This document shows positions 51,123 to 64,000 of a stretch of DNA of 64,000 nt, piece by piece (the stretch's first letter is position 1; the number at the start of each line of letters is the position of its first letter). Below the pieces are notes generated by a model. The model was not told the DNA's origin, made no database searches, and was given only the letters and a program-made list of their open reading frames with translations. The stretch covers positions 12,023,812 through 12,087,811 of the forward strand of contig NC_092675.1 of the NCBI RefSeq assembly GCF_964355755.1, read 5' to 3'. Source of the stretch: Antedon mediterranea (lineage: Eukaryota > Animalia > Echinodermata). The position numbers and the translations under genes are program-made.

Positions 51123-52369
51123 TGTCACACAGCCGCACTTACGGCTCTTTCAGACATGTAATATCTGGTAACCACCGGTAAACAACGGTAAATAGCCACA
51201 ACTGTACACATATAAATGTAAAAAGTAAATTTAATAATAATCTTTGACAAACAATTCTTCCTTCTATAATCCAACCCCCCCAAAAAAAAACCCACAAAAA
51301 AACCAACCAATTCTCAAACAATGATACAGTATCCCTATTCCCCACACAATTTATACACTTTCCCAAATTCCCAATCCTTCCAGACAAAATATCAACAATC
51401 TTCTTATTGTCAAATAAATCCCAGAACCCCCCTTCCAAATACAATAATATCACAAGATGAATAATTAAACAATAATAAATGTCCACAATATCGTTCCTTC
51501 TTGCCTTTTCTCCTACGCCGACACAAAAACAACTTCGAAAGATAAAAGTTAAAACGATTCTGCAACTAAACAACTCCCACGTCTCTGCTCCCGTTCTGCT
51601 TGTATTCCCAATTATAATTCTTCTCAAACTGCAACTATTTTCTGACATATAAATGAATGAAATATAAAGTTAAAATGTTTCTTGATGTCCTTCTGCACTG
51701 CAATCCGCTCCCCGATCAATTATTTCTTTCTCCTTTTCCACGTAACATAATATCAGTATAAATAAAGTCAGTCTTCGATACTTTCAACAATTCTTTAAAA
51801 GCAATTAATTCTGCTATTTTCAACAGTTATTATTCGATTTATTAACTTCCTGTATATCACTTTATTTCATTTCTGCTCCAGCTCTATATCACCATAATTA
51901 TTTCCAACTCACAATTTATTAACTTCATGTATATCACCTTATTTCATTTCTGCTTCAGCTCTATATCACCATAATTATTTCCAACTCACAATTTACTAAC
52001 TTCATGTATATCACCTTATTTCCTTTCCGCTTCAGCTCTATATCCCCATACTTCTTTCCAACCCACAATTTATTAACTTCATATATATCACTTTACTTCC
52101 TTTCTGCTTCAACATAACATAACCCTCCTTCTCTGTCTCCTCTCAATTTTCATCTCCCTCTCAACCTTCCCTCAATTGCACCCATACCACCACCTTATCC
52201 TTCTCAACCAATCAGCAACTCACACACTCCTTCTCTGCACACAAACACTCTGCTCCACTGGCTTCAAACAATAGTTTCCTAAAACAAAAGAAAGGTTCAA
52301 ATAATGAAAACAAAAGGAAAAGTAAGCATGACTTGCAAAATAAATACAAAACTTATGTCACTTGTGACA
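51123..52369 (+). mobile_element. Solo LTR
   Basis: TGTCAC...GTGACA ends, 5-bp TSD TCATG, AATAAA near the end, internal 77-bp tandem repeat (51838-52110). Confidence 0.75.
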
Positions 52370-53311
52370 TCATGGTTGTGACTGAGCTAAGAAATGTTTG
52401 AAAAATAGAGATGTTAGGTCCCGGAAAATGCACTTCGAAATATGACCAGCTTTATTGTTGGGGATGAGCTAAGAAAATGTTTAAAACTAGAGCTGCAGGT
52501 CTTCAAAAAATTGCATTTTATACTTTGGCCTAGAGGCTTAAAAAACGCAAGCGTAGACCTTTTTCAGTCGGGGAAATAAGTTTATTCCTCCCAAGTGTAT
52601 GCGTGCGTACCATCTGGACTTCCGAGTGGTGAGAAATTCATGACATACAGGATATTGAAAATGTAATAACTTAGCTATAATAAGATGTTGGCTAAGCAAA
52701 AATGGCATGTTTTTTTGTTTAGTAATGGATGAAAAATTTATTTTAGGTGCCTCATGGTACAGAAGGTTACTTGTAAATTAAAAAAATTGGTGAACATACG
52801 AACAATTAACATAATTCGTTTTTGCTGTAGTGTAGCGTACGTCGACGCAGTACACGACGTAACCTTCGGTAAACTTCGCCTGGAAAATAACTACAGTACA
52901 CATTTTGGTCCCTGGATGGAACATGATATCACGCGTCTCGACCCAACGTTGAACGATTCGTACAAAGGGATACCACCAGACAAGTGCGTACCTAGCTATT
53001 GTTTAGTAGTAAGTTAGATCGCTGGCAATAATGAATGCATATAAAGTGCATAATATCACTCTGACGTACTCTCACGGTCAATGAAACGTCGCGGTTTTCT
53101 AGGCGCTGAAGCTAGTTACGAAGTGAACGCGAACGCTTTTTACTGTATATTATATTCCCCGACAAAAAGTACCCGTGTTCCCTTCGGTAACCGTCGGTAA
53201 ACTTCGCCTGGAAAATAACCACATTACACATTTTGGTCCCTGGATGAAACTTGATATCACGCGTCTCGACCCAACGTTGAACGATTCGTACAAAGGGGTA
53301 CCGCCAGACAA

Positions 53312-56300
53312 TAGTAGAGCAGTTAACGCCATAAAAATAGCCAAGTTGTGCACTTTATTACCAAAGCATGAAACTTGCCACAAAGTTTCTTTGATGTATA
53401 TCATTTCAAAATATCGGGGGGTGCCAAGTGTCTAACGTCCGGTATGGCGGCCATCTTGATTTCAAAATGGCCACCATAAAAACAAAAAGTGTTCATATCT
53501 TGGCAACTATAATCATTAGAGACTTGATTCTGGTGTTAAATTGTTCACAAGCCACATATTTCTATTTGCTCTAATGAAAAGTTTCGTCCAAAAATGACCG
53601 GAAATGACGTTTCTTTCAGGTTGACCTTTGACCTCTTATCTGTATATCTCAGTAACTACTGATCATTTTCAATCGACTTTGGTGTCATTTTGTTCAGAAT
53701 AGAGACATTTATATTTGTAGTAATGAAACATTTTCACATAAAATGACTGGAAATATAATTTATAACCTTTGACATATATAATTATGTGAACATACTGTAT
53801 GTGGTTTACATTGGTATAAATGCACCTAATTTTTTAACCGAAATAATGAAACTTAACGCAAAAATGACCAGGAATTATTAATTATTCTGAATTTTTGTTT
53901 TTTGATGTGATAGGATAGGCATAAAGTATGACAGATCACTGAGCGATCATCTATGCCGACTTGTTTGCTTAACTGTGATGTGTCAATCGTTAGATAAAAG
54001 TTTTGGTCCTCTCTCCTTCATCTTTTCTTTTTTTTGTAATGTATTATACCATATGTTGAATTGAATTGTTAGATGCCATTTGGAAAAATTTTTGATGTAA
54101 AGTAGCATTCTTTCGTTGGCCTCTTTGATGTTGCATATGAGACAAGTTCGGAAAGTTCTCATTTTCATGAGTTAAGAGAAGAGAACACCGTCTTTCAAAG
54201 TACTTACTACAAACTTATCCTGCATTTGTGCAGTAGACTTACTTTCATTAGTAAGAAACTCATAATTCTTGTTCATTTTCGTTGCATCTAAAAAAATGTA
54301 GGCCTACTCCATTTTTATGGTAATGGGCGTTTGCTGTAAACCTTTCATCTGAATCGTTTTCCTCGATTTTCTCTAGTCATTGATTTTTTAGCAAAATCCG
54401 AACAAAATCAATTCGTAAAAGACATCTCAATATAATTATTCAAGTAATCCTTAAATTAGTGACAATATACTGTTCTGTACAAGACCTTTTTAGGCATCCA
54501 CCTGTGGACTTTCACTTTGAAGGTCTCCTAATCATACAAGAAACAATGTCTGATTTAATCAATCAAAGTAGTGGGTCCAGACAAAGAAGGGGGTGTAAGA
54601 CCATCCACAGACAAAGAAGGGGATGTAAGACCATCCACATACAAAGAAGGGGGTATAAGACCATCCACATACAAAGAAGGGGGTATAAGACCATCCACAG
54701 ACAAAGAAGGGGATATAAGACCATCCACAGACAAAGAAAGGGGTGTAAGACCATCCACACACAAAGAAGGGGGTGTAAGACCATCTACAGACAAAGAAGG
54801 GGGTGTAAGACCATCCACTGACAAAGAAAGGGGTATAGGACTACTTACAGACAAAGAAGGGGGTATAAGACCATTCACAGACAAAGAAGGGGGTGTAGGA
54901 CCATTCACAGACAAAGAAGGGGGTGTCGGACCATCCACAGACAAAGAAGGAGATGTAAGACCATCCACAAACAAAGAAGGAGGTATAAGATCATCCACAG
55001 ACAAAGAAGGGGGTATAAGACCATCCACAGACAAAGAAGGGGGTGTAAGACCATCCACAGACAAAGAAGGGGGTGTAAGACAATCCACAGACAAAGAAGG
55101 GGGTGTAGGACCATCCACAGACAAAGAAGGGGTGTCGGACCATCTACAAATAAAGAAGGGGATGTAAGACCACCCACAGACAAAGAAGGGATTATAAGAC
55201 CACCAACAGACAAAGAAGGGGGTGTAGGACCATCGACAGACAAACAAGGGGGTGTAGGACCATCCACAGACAAAGAAGGGGTGTAAGACCATCTACAGAC
55301 AAAGAAAGGGGTGTAAGACCATCCACACACAAAGAAAGGGGTTTAATACCATCAACAGACAAAGAAAGGGGTGTAATACCATCAACAGACAAAGAAAGGG
55401 GTATAGGACTATCCACAGACACAGAAGGGGGTATAAGACCATCCACAGATAAAGGAAGGGGTGTAAGACCATCTACAGACAAAGAAGGAGGGTTAGGACC
55501 ATATTAACCCAGGAAGCATACAAAAAGAAGATGCAATCAAAATAGGCCTACCACTTGGAAAACAATAAATTGTAGAAAAACTGAGGCTTAATTGTTGAAA
55601 TATAAAGGGTTCTTTGTAAGGTCATTAATAATACAGTATATTGATATAAACACGATCATCATACTAATTATTTGACATTCAAATACAGTCTATCTCGAAA
55701 AGAAGCTAATACTATCACCTTTTTGAGGTTTTACGGTATTCCATAACATGTATGTTATTTCCTCTGTCAAACTATTAAAACTTTCAGCGAATCAGAAGGT
55801 GCCAACATCGTTGAACTAATGGTACCACCAAGCACAATGTTTACCAATTTTATGTACTATATACAATTTAAGTCCATTAATCATTTAATATAATTATGCC
55901 TATCAGGTAAAAGTTCAAAATGAGGTGCATTTAAGACCAACAAAAACCACATACAGTATATTCACATAATTAAAAATCAATAAATAAATGTCAAAGGTCA
56001 TAAATTGTATTTTCGGTCATTTTATGTGAAAATGTTCCATTACTACAAATATAAATGTATTTATTCTGAACAAAATGACACCAAAATCGATTAAAAATGA
56101 CCAGTAGTTACAGAGATATACAAATACGAGGTCAAAGGTCCAACTGTAAGAAACGTCATTTCCGGTCATTTTTGGACGAAACATTTCATTAGAGCAAATA
56201 GAAATATATAGTTTGTGAACAATTTGAGACCAGAATTAAGTCTCTAATGTGTATAGTGGCCAAGATATGAACATTTTTTGATTTTATGGTGGCCATTTTG

Positions 56301-56441
56301 AAATCAAGATGGCCGCCATACCGGACGTTGGACACTTGGCACCCCCCGATATTTTGAATCTATATACATCAAAGAAACTTTGTGCCAAGTTTCATGCTTT
56401 GGTAATAAAATGCACAGCTCATGTCATTAACTGCTCTACTA
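53312..56441. mobile_element. Academ-like non-autonomous DNA transposon
   Basis: TAGTAGAGCAGTTAA / TTAACTGCTCTACTA ends, ~500-bp imperfect TIRs, 3-bp TSD CAA; empty site GCCAGACAAGTGCG seen in sibling repeats. Confidence 0.75.
54578..55500. repeat. 30-bp minisatellite, ~31 copies
   Basis: Consensus CAGACAAAGAAGGGGGTGTAAGACCATCCA. Confidence 0.95.
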
Positions 56442-56993
56442 CAAGTGCGTACCTAGCTAATGTTTAGTAGCAAGTTAGATCGCTGGCAATAATGAATGCA
56501 TAAAAGTGCATATTAGCCCTCTGACGTACTCTCACGGTCAATGGAACGTCGTGGTTTTCTAGGCGCTGAAGCTATATGAAGTGAACGCGAACGTTTTTTA
56601 CTGTATGTTATATTCCCCGACAAAAAGTACCAGTGTTCCCCGACGGGGGGCTAGAGCCCCCGTAGCCCCCCCGCTGGCGCCACCACTGTGTCCAAGTACT
56701 CTTACTTGCACTGTTGAAGGGCTATAGTGTAAAATTGAAACATCTATATATTTGCAGTAGTGGCATTCTTATCTACTTCTAAAACACTTTAATAATACTC
56801 GTGCCATTGGTGATGGGGCACAGTTTTCTCTAAAGGATATCTTACTTACTGCTTAATAACTACTGATAATGGCAGGTATTTTTTTTTTGTGATAACCAAA
56901 ATTGAATAATGAAGAATTCATATAACATTTGACTTTAGGACAGTATGAAAAAAAAAACTCTTTTAACAATCTTCAAAAAATATTCAATGCTTC

Positions 56994-57179
56994 TCATTTA
57001 ACAGAAAGACGACTGCAGACATCTGAAGCCTTCTCTTTTCTCTGTTCCATCTTTGCAATTCTTGACCCAAATTGAATTGCTCTCTTTGGAAGTGTTGCTG
57101 ATAGTCCTAATCCCATTTCTACAGCTGCCAATCGAAGCAGCAGTTTCTCACCAATTCCACGGGGTAGAGTTAAGTTAAC
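56994..57179 (-). CDS. ASNSD1: Asparagine synthetase domain-containing protein 1, last coding exon
   Basis: AG acceptor then [61 protein letters not shown], matching the known ASNSD1 C-terminus. Confidence 0.92.
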   Translation of the reverse strand, partial: VNLTLPRGIGEKLLLRLAAVEMGLGLSATLPKRAIQFGSRIAKMEQRKEKASDVCSRLSVK

Positions 57180-57259
57180 CTACAAAAAGTACAATAAAAA
57201 TATATACAAAAATGATGCTACAAGCATTAAAGATAAATCTTATTATTAACAAAAAAAAG

Positions 57260-57530
57260 TGGATGAGCAGTTAAGAAAGTGAAACTGTAATCCATAGCTC
57301 ACTTGCTCTATGGTGGAACAAGTCTTCTTGGATAATGACTATAAACCGTTCAGTGTACAGAAAATGCTCATGTGCACTATAAAACCTAGTACAGCCTTCG
57401 ATACGGGGGTAGGGGTTACCTAGGTGTACTAGCTCACACAGCCACTGTCGTGGACAGACGAAATAGTGCAGTAGTTGGCAGCCCGACATAAGGTGATCCT
57501 TAGGGGAGTAAGTAGTTGAAAAGTGTAACA
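57260..57530 (+). mobile_element. Degenerate SINE with Meta/RUDI-like core (intronic)
   Basis: GGATAATGACTATAAACCG..CATGTGCACTATAAAACCTAGTAC..GTAGGGGT resembles the MetaSINE core as recalled; not aligned. Confidence 0.4.
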
Positions 57531-57860
57531 TACAAAGTATAAGTTGGAAGGAAACACAAAAGGGAACTTATACCAATGGCAAGAAGTCTGTATTTCCCTC
57601 TTACACAGTTACTAGCACATGAAGATAAAATATAATACTTCAATATAATTATATCAACAATAAAAAAATATAAAATTCATTCATAAAAACACAAGTATGT
57701 TATTGTTGAAATTATCTATTATAAAAAGTAGTCTTTTGAATGAATGCATAATTAGCACCAATGTTTATTCATTTAATTTATTTCGGATAGTACATCCATA
57801 TACAAAAAGATAAAAAAATTCACCAGGAAATTAACAATCTTCCACGAAAACAACCTAAAA

Positions 57861-59115
57861 CTAGAAAGCCACTCCGAGAGTGCATACCTCCGCCTACTGT
57901 AAAATTCTCCTACATAAGATTTCTCCGGGAAAAAATATATATAATATATTGTGTGTCTTAATGCTGTTTGTGATATAGGCTAATTTCACTACAAGCATGT
58001 GTAATGGTTATGTAACAAGCCTTTCAACAGCAATACCCTGTAGCTTCAGTTGACTAACAATAGAACAGCAACGTGAAAATCAAACGAGTGAATTTTAAAA
58101 GAAATAGGTTTTTTAAGCTACTCGCATTAAAAAAGGTGCACATTAAATCAAATTATGTTTTAAAATTACAAATCACAAAATATAACTCTTGCCTCTTGTA
58201 CAAAAATGAAGTTTTTTGGATAAGTAGTACTCGAGAAAATGCAATTTCAGTTTATTTGTTACTTTAAAGCTCAGATACAGGCATGAATTTTAAATATAAT
58301 ATTTGGTTAATTGTACATAAATCAAATATTTGTAACAGAAATCAAGACGAAAAAAAAATGAATTTTCCTTAATATGGTCAAATACAAAATTTGGCAAAAT
58401 TCTTCCATAAAAACCAGGAAGACTTTTTTTCAGTAGTTAAGTAGTTAACCTAATGTAATAACATGTCTGGTGACTCCCTAGACTGTGAAAAAAGATGGTG
58501 GACATACGGTGGATAATTTTTGCTATAGCATGAAAATAAAAATCTGAAGTTGAATAAAAATATCAGAAATGTAATATTCAAGTTATATTACCTATATTTA
58601 GTCATCTGATAACATTTTTTACCACACCGTTTATTTTTCATAGCTTTTTAAAATGCCTCTCTATTTACAAAAATTTGTGTACAAAAGTATAGAGATTTTA
58701 CTGTGTAATTTGAACTAACTGATAAGAAAGTGCTTATTTTCAACAAGCTCGTGTAACACAAATAAAATCTAAAAAATTATGAAACATAGGGGAAACTATA
58801 GATCGATAATTATTGGAATGTATGATCAATAGAAATGTTTTGCCCGCACCTGGCCTTTAAGACTGCTCGCCGGCTTTTGGAAAAATGCTGCCCTATCTTT
58901 TAACACTAGCAGGTCTGAAAAAGTATACTAAAAAGTGGTCCAGAATTGGGACCATGGTCCCAAAATTTAATGGAATGGTCCTTGACCACATATCTATCTG
59001 TATATTCATTTTGCTAAAGATCTTGTAATTACTTTTTGAGTAATCCTGCTAACAAACAAACAAACAAACATACAAACCCACGCAATCGATTACATATACC
59101 TCCTTGGCGGAGGTA
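57861..59115 (-). mobile_element. Solitary Helentron-type non-autonomous element in ASNSD1 intron
   Basis: AA-CTAG, CACTC..GAGTG hairpin, subTIR TACCTCCGCC ... (CAAA)n, TACCTCCTTGGCGGAGGTA-AA. Confidence 0.8.
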
Positions 59116-59151
59116 AATAATGATTATTTACCAAACAAAAATTGTCTATAC

Positions 59152-59242
59152 CTTTATCCATATTGGTAAACGGTTCAGAAATGTGATGACATTTTCATCT
59201 AAAAATGGAAATCTAGCTTCTCTGCCATGATCTGCTATTATT
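59152..59242 (-). CDS. ASNSD1: ASNSD1 penultimate coding exon
   Basis: AG/..[32 protein letters not shown]; phase 0 donor joins in frame to the 57179 exon. Confidence 0.9.
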
Positions 59243-60547
59243 CTAAGAGTAAAAAAAAAAAAAACAGACAGTGAAAATGTAAACAATAAATAAATATTGG
59301 GACAGTGAACAAATTTACTATTGGCACCTATGCTACCAGAGCTGTGCTGAATTTAACTAACGCTGGTAATCATGTATAAATAACATTTTTAACATTTGTA
59401 ATTAACATTTTGAATTTTAAACAAAATGAAGATAGGCAAATCTAATTGGACATTTTGATGTGATTTAATTCAGCGCGCAGAACACATACGTGTCAGCAGT
59501 GTAAGGGTAAGGATGATATGTACACAATTTTATTTCATAATTCTCTGTCAGAAATTCTACTCAGCACATTTGGTTAGATGAACTAGGTACTATATGCTGG
59601 TGTAGAGGGTTTTCAATATAATTTCAATAAAAATGGTGCCTATAGACGTGGCGGAAATGTGCTAACAAAGCGGTACCAGTTAGATGAGAGAGCACCTAAT
59701 TTCACCACTATGAGAAGTAGTTATTAAAGTAAGCCTCAGCTAATTTTAATCATCATAACACAACTCCAAGTAACAAAAAACGTGAATTGGTTTTCCCTAT
59801 CCCCTATATATAGGTATTTGTGTGTGTTAATAGGCATTTGTGTGTGTTTGGGGAAAATTGTTTACGGCACTTTTAAATTTTGGCCTATTTTTTTTTCTGA
59901 CATTCTATATGGTATACTCTATGTTCCTATACTTTTTTCCCCGCAAAATTTGTACTGCACCCAGGCTAGTTGGGCTAAAGTTTACAGTGATCACAAGGTT
60001 ATTTGTTCGATTTAATTAAAAAAATATTCACCTAACTTTCAAACCTAATAACCATACCCCAATTATTAATAGTGCCCGTTTATCAACATGTAAGGAGTCG
60101 CAAATGGAATATCAATCATTGGTAGCGCAATCAATTGGTATCATGACACCTTCAGACAAGATCAACCAGAATGACACCATCAAGAAGTGTATTGATTGCC
60201 TGAGAAATGCCACCAAAACTGTTGTTGGAACTGTCAAGTCATCTCATAATAACTTGCTTTATAACGATCCCGAAGTTGTTAGATTATCAAAAGACCACCA
60301 CAAATTCATTTCGATACTTTACAGCAGCAATGAATCGAACAGAACTGCGTCATAAAATCAACTCCACTAAAAATCGGATAGAAAAGCGTCTTAACACCTA
60401 GAGGAAATGAGAGCTGAAGATCTTGCTCAAACTATAACTTCTACAAATGAAAGTCGAGATGTATGAAGCTGTTCGCATTGTCAGTGAATGAAATAAAAAC
60501 ACCAAGTGTGTGTGCATGATGGTGATGGCAATAACATCATTTTAATA

Positions 60548-62444
60548 TGCGAGTGAAGCGAGCATCACTTGGCTGGGGGCCAGGGGGCCGCCAAGGGCCC
60601 CTGGTGGGGGTTCAGGTGGGGGGGGGGGGGGTAGCCCCCGGAAGCGTAATTTGAGGCCGTTTTAATCAGATTTAGGGTAGCCAATTTTTTCAATTTTGTA
60701 TGGTACATAAATAAAATACTGTGTGAAAAACACATTGCAAGAGGTCCGGTACGATGACTGTGTAAATCCATTCTTTCAAATTTAAAAATGAAGTTCAATA
60801 TGCCTATCATAGAAAATATACGCGAACGTAAAACCTACCCACAGGCCAAGAGGTATATTGTTATAATCGCAGAGACGTAGGCAGGTTGCTGTTTGGGGGT
60901 GCGAAAATTGTAAATGCGCGATATCCATGGCCTGATCTGTAAGAAGATTTTGTAAAATAGAGCTGCAGGTCCCCAGAAATTGCAATTATACATTGATAAA
61001 TAAAACGAAATTACAAGTCTATATCAGAGATAGAACAAGCCCACCGAGGTTGAGATGGAGCTAAGGACATTTAAACAACTAGAGTTGTTAGGTCTCCGGA
61101 TATTGGATTATAGTATTTCGAAAAAAAGAAACAAAATATATAAGGCTCCAGGACCAGCCCTACCATTAGGGTTGAGCTGCTAAGAAAATTGTGAAAAATA
61201 GACCTGCTAGGTACCTGGAAATTGCACTTATATAGGCCCATATTGATAAATGAAACGAAATTAGAAGTCTACAGAACCAGAGCTAAGAAAATTGTCAAAA
61301 ATAGAGCTGCTAGGTCCCTGCAAAACATTGAAATATGAAACGAAATTATAGGTCCAGCCCACCATGGTTGGGGTGGAGCTAAGAACATTCTGAAAAATAG
61401 AGTTGCTAGGTCCCGGAAATTTAACTTATTATACTTCGAAGCATAAAACAAGATATATACCGGTACGTCTCCAGAACCAGCCCTACCATGGATATAAAAA
61501 AAAAATGGAAAAAAATAGAGCTCTAGGTTCAATGCACTGACTGTATATTGTACATCGAAATATGAAACAAAATGTATAGTAAGTATACATGACCAGCTCT
61601 ATAATTGGGGACGGTTGAGCTAAGACAATTTTGAAAACTAGAGATGCAGGTCTTCAAAAATTACACCTATACTTTAAAAAAATTCAGACATAGAGGCCTA
61701 AACAAGTTACCCTTTTTACCTTTAATTTGGAGGGGAATGCATCCACAAGCGTAGACCATTTTCCGTCGGGGGGAAATCAGTTTATTTCCCAGATGTGAAT
61801 CTGGAATTTCGATGTACGAGCAGTTCATGACATACAGGACATTGGAAATGTAATAACTTAGCTATAATAAGATGTTGGCTAAACGAAAATGGCATGTTTT
61901 TTGTTTAGTAATGTAGGCCGAGCATACAGTGAAAAACGTCTATTTCAGGTTCAGGTACCCCACGGTAATCGTAAATTAAAAAATTGAACATACGAACAAT
62001 AAAATAGATCGTGAAGATAATTCGTACCCTTTTGCTGTCGATACACAGTACACGACGTAACGCGTCAGTAAACTTCGCCTGGAAAGTAACTACAGTACAC
62101 ATTCTGGTCCCTGGGTGGAACATGATATCACGCGTAAACTGCCGGGCCCAATGTTAAACGATTCGTACAAAGGGACACCACCAGACAAGAGCATACCTAT
62201 TGTTTATTAGATCGCTGGCAATAATGCATGCATAATAAAGTGTAATAGCCCTCCGACGTACTAACAAAAATGGAACTTCGCGGTTTTCTAGTCGCTGAAG
62301 CTACGAAGTGAACGCGAATGATTTTTACTTTATATTATATTCCCCGACGAAAAGTACTCACGTTCCCCGACGTGGGGGCTAGGCTCCCCGACGAGGGGCT
62401 ACAGCCCACGTAGCCCCCCCCCCCACCCACTGGCGCCACCAATG
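60548..62444. mobile_element. hAT-like element, left end truncated
   Basis: Interior matches 36800-37340/39181-39880; right TIR CTGGCGCCACCAATG. Confidence 0.75.
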
Positions 62445-62449
62445 AGAGA

Positions 62450-63320
62450 TATCACTCTTAACATATTACAACACAGAAAAACCGACCATAATTCAAGTTG
62501 ATGTGTCCCAGGCTGGTTTAGGCGCAGTATTATTGCTAAACGGCAAACCTATTGCATGCGCAAGCAAATGACACGGAGAGGCGCTACACGAACATTGAAA
62601 GAGAAATGTTTTCACAAATTCTTGTACGGCAAATATTTTGTCTATGGCTGTGTTTATACAACACCCTAAATTTGAACACGTCTTTAATTTTTAGCGTGTT
62701 GCACGGGCCGAGGTCAACCCCACAAAAACCTTGCAGTTATACATTAAATCGTAATACCGTATTATACCATAGTTCATAATCCTAAGTTGTATATATACTC
62801 GCATGCATTATGAATTAATATTAGTTTATTAAGGATTTTAATAAAACGGATGATTTCGTTTAAAATTTAGTTTATTCAGTTATTGATTTTTTAAATCTGC
62901 CTTTGAAATTAAAAAAAAAATGTTTTAGAATTAGGATACAACTAAGCTACATTTTGCCAAATTATGCCAACATTAATTAGCGTTAATGTTAAGTGCTAAA
63001 TCAGTTAAAATATGCAAAAAAAGCACAATTATCTACTAGATTTGGTCAACATTTTCACAGCACATACTTATATTTAACGAGAGGTCAAAACAATACCCTG
63101 AGGACACTTCCAACACGGCAACAGCAACCGGGAATCAAAAAATTTTAGGATTCAGCCAAGTAGCCTTTTTTGCAATTAAAATCTCATTACACGGAATCTC
63201 TTCAATGTTATACAACACACTTCTCGTAGGCGTGTTGAATATGCGTGTAATAGCGTGTTGTATAAACGCGCCCATTGAGTCGGATCATAAACCGCTTGAA
63301 AACATTCAGTATAAGGACTT
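62450..63320 (+). pseudogene. Gypsy RNase H relic split by a MITE
   Basis: IIQVDVSQAGLGAVLL..ERRYTNIEREM (62485-62610) and IESDHKPLENI (63274-63310). Confidence 0.65.
62646..63273. mobile_element. ISL2EU/Harbinger-like MITE
   Basis: Imperfect TIRs GGCTGTGTTTATACAACAC / GTGTTGTATAAACGCGCCC, AT on both flanks. Confidence 0.55.
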
Positions 63321-63770
63321 CAGGCCCGTAGCCAGGGGGGGTTTTTATGGTTCGGGCGAATCCCCCCTTACAGCGAACCCCCCTTAACCAACTGCGAACC
63401 CCCATCCCCGACATGCCCAATACCTCACCCTCATCTCCAAAAATCCTCCAAATACGTGCCCCACAGTACAAAAAGTTGTTTGTAAATTGAAAAATTCGTA
63501 AACTTGTTCGTGAACCTTCTTCTCTGTATGAGCGTCAACTAGTGATACGTGTCTGTAAATTTCTAAAAGCTGCAAATGAATTGCCGATTTTAACCTGAAA
63601 AATAAATGTTTGGTCCCTGCATGTAACATGATATTGACGCGTCTCATGGCGAGCTGGCGCACGAACGATTCGTACAAAGGACACCGCCAGACAACTGCGT
63701 ACCTATAATTGTTTAGATCGCTGGCAGTCAGGCAGCATGCATAAAGTATATAGCCTTCCGACGTACATCA
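63321..63770. mobile_element. Left part of another hAT-like element
   Basis: CAGGCCCGTAGCCAGGGGGGG terminus; interior ACGATTCGTACAAAGG..CCGCCAGACAA shared with the hAT family above. Confidence 0.6.
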
Positions 63771-64000
63771 GTATTTATGTGTGACTATGAAGTATAATGT
63801 ATCATAGAGGATTATAGTGAATATTAATATTTTACACTATAATATCTATGTAGTTCACAGTATGGCATCCGATTATTTTTTTCTAGACCACCAGCCGATA
63901 CGTACTAAAATGTATCAATATCACCTATTTACATATTTATATTCCTCAACAAATTGCTGTAAATAAATATTATAGATAGAGCTAGCAAATAGCATTTGCC

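Larger units (their letters stand above)
36737..56688. mobile_element. ~20-kb hAT-ended composite element
   Basis: Left TIR CAGGGGTGGCGCCAG, right TIR CTGGCGCCACCACTG, identical 8-bp flanks TGTCCAAG (36729-36736, 56689-56696). Confidence 0.8.

Noticed and set aside
51125-51648. 169-aa and 61-aa minus-strand ORFs
   Set aside because: Inside a solo LTR, compositionally biased, no motif.
54459-55482. Repeat-protein ORFs in six frames
   Set aside because: By-product of a 30-bp minisatellite with frameshifting 29-bp units; no splice or codon evidence.
59985-60540. Possible LINE endonuclease-RT linker relic
   Set aside because: Only weak resemblance (SDHK..) with many stops; too degraded to call.
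59243-64000. Further upstream ASNSD1 exons
   Set aside because: No NLGRDDR-containing or other convincing exon found by eye; probably beyond the window.

Overview
AT-rich, intron-containing animal genomic DNA. It is probably a marine invertebrate; the frequent TAGGCCTA motifs are echinoderm-like, but that is inference. The window is almost entirely transposable elements. Positions 1-23864 look like a ~1.2-1.6 kb satellite but are a same-orientation 'Russian-doll' nest of at least 17 non-autonomous Helentron-type (HINE/DINE-1-like) elements from four families. These have inserted into, or immediately beside, each other's 5' terminal A/T tract. The displaced termini pile up as stacks of ~50-bp hairpin modules that close in last-in-first-out order, and two of the families carry a tRNA-derived Pol III promoter module. 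The nest appears to sit inside a CMC/EnSpm-like element. Downstream are decayed EnSpm, L2/CR1, Tc2/pogo-like, hAT, Harbinger, P-element and Penelope remnants. A ~20-kb hAT-ended composite element (36737-56688, perfect 8-bp TSD) contains an RTE LINE with a 540-bp target duplication, a Gypsy element with non-canonical LTR ends, a P-element relic, a solo LTR and an Academ-like element with a 30-bp minisatellite. The only host gene recognised is the 3' end (last two coding exons) of ASNSD1 on the minus strand. All calls come from manual reading; no searches or alignments were run.
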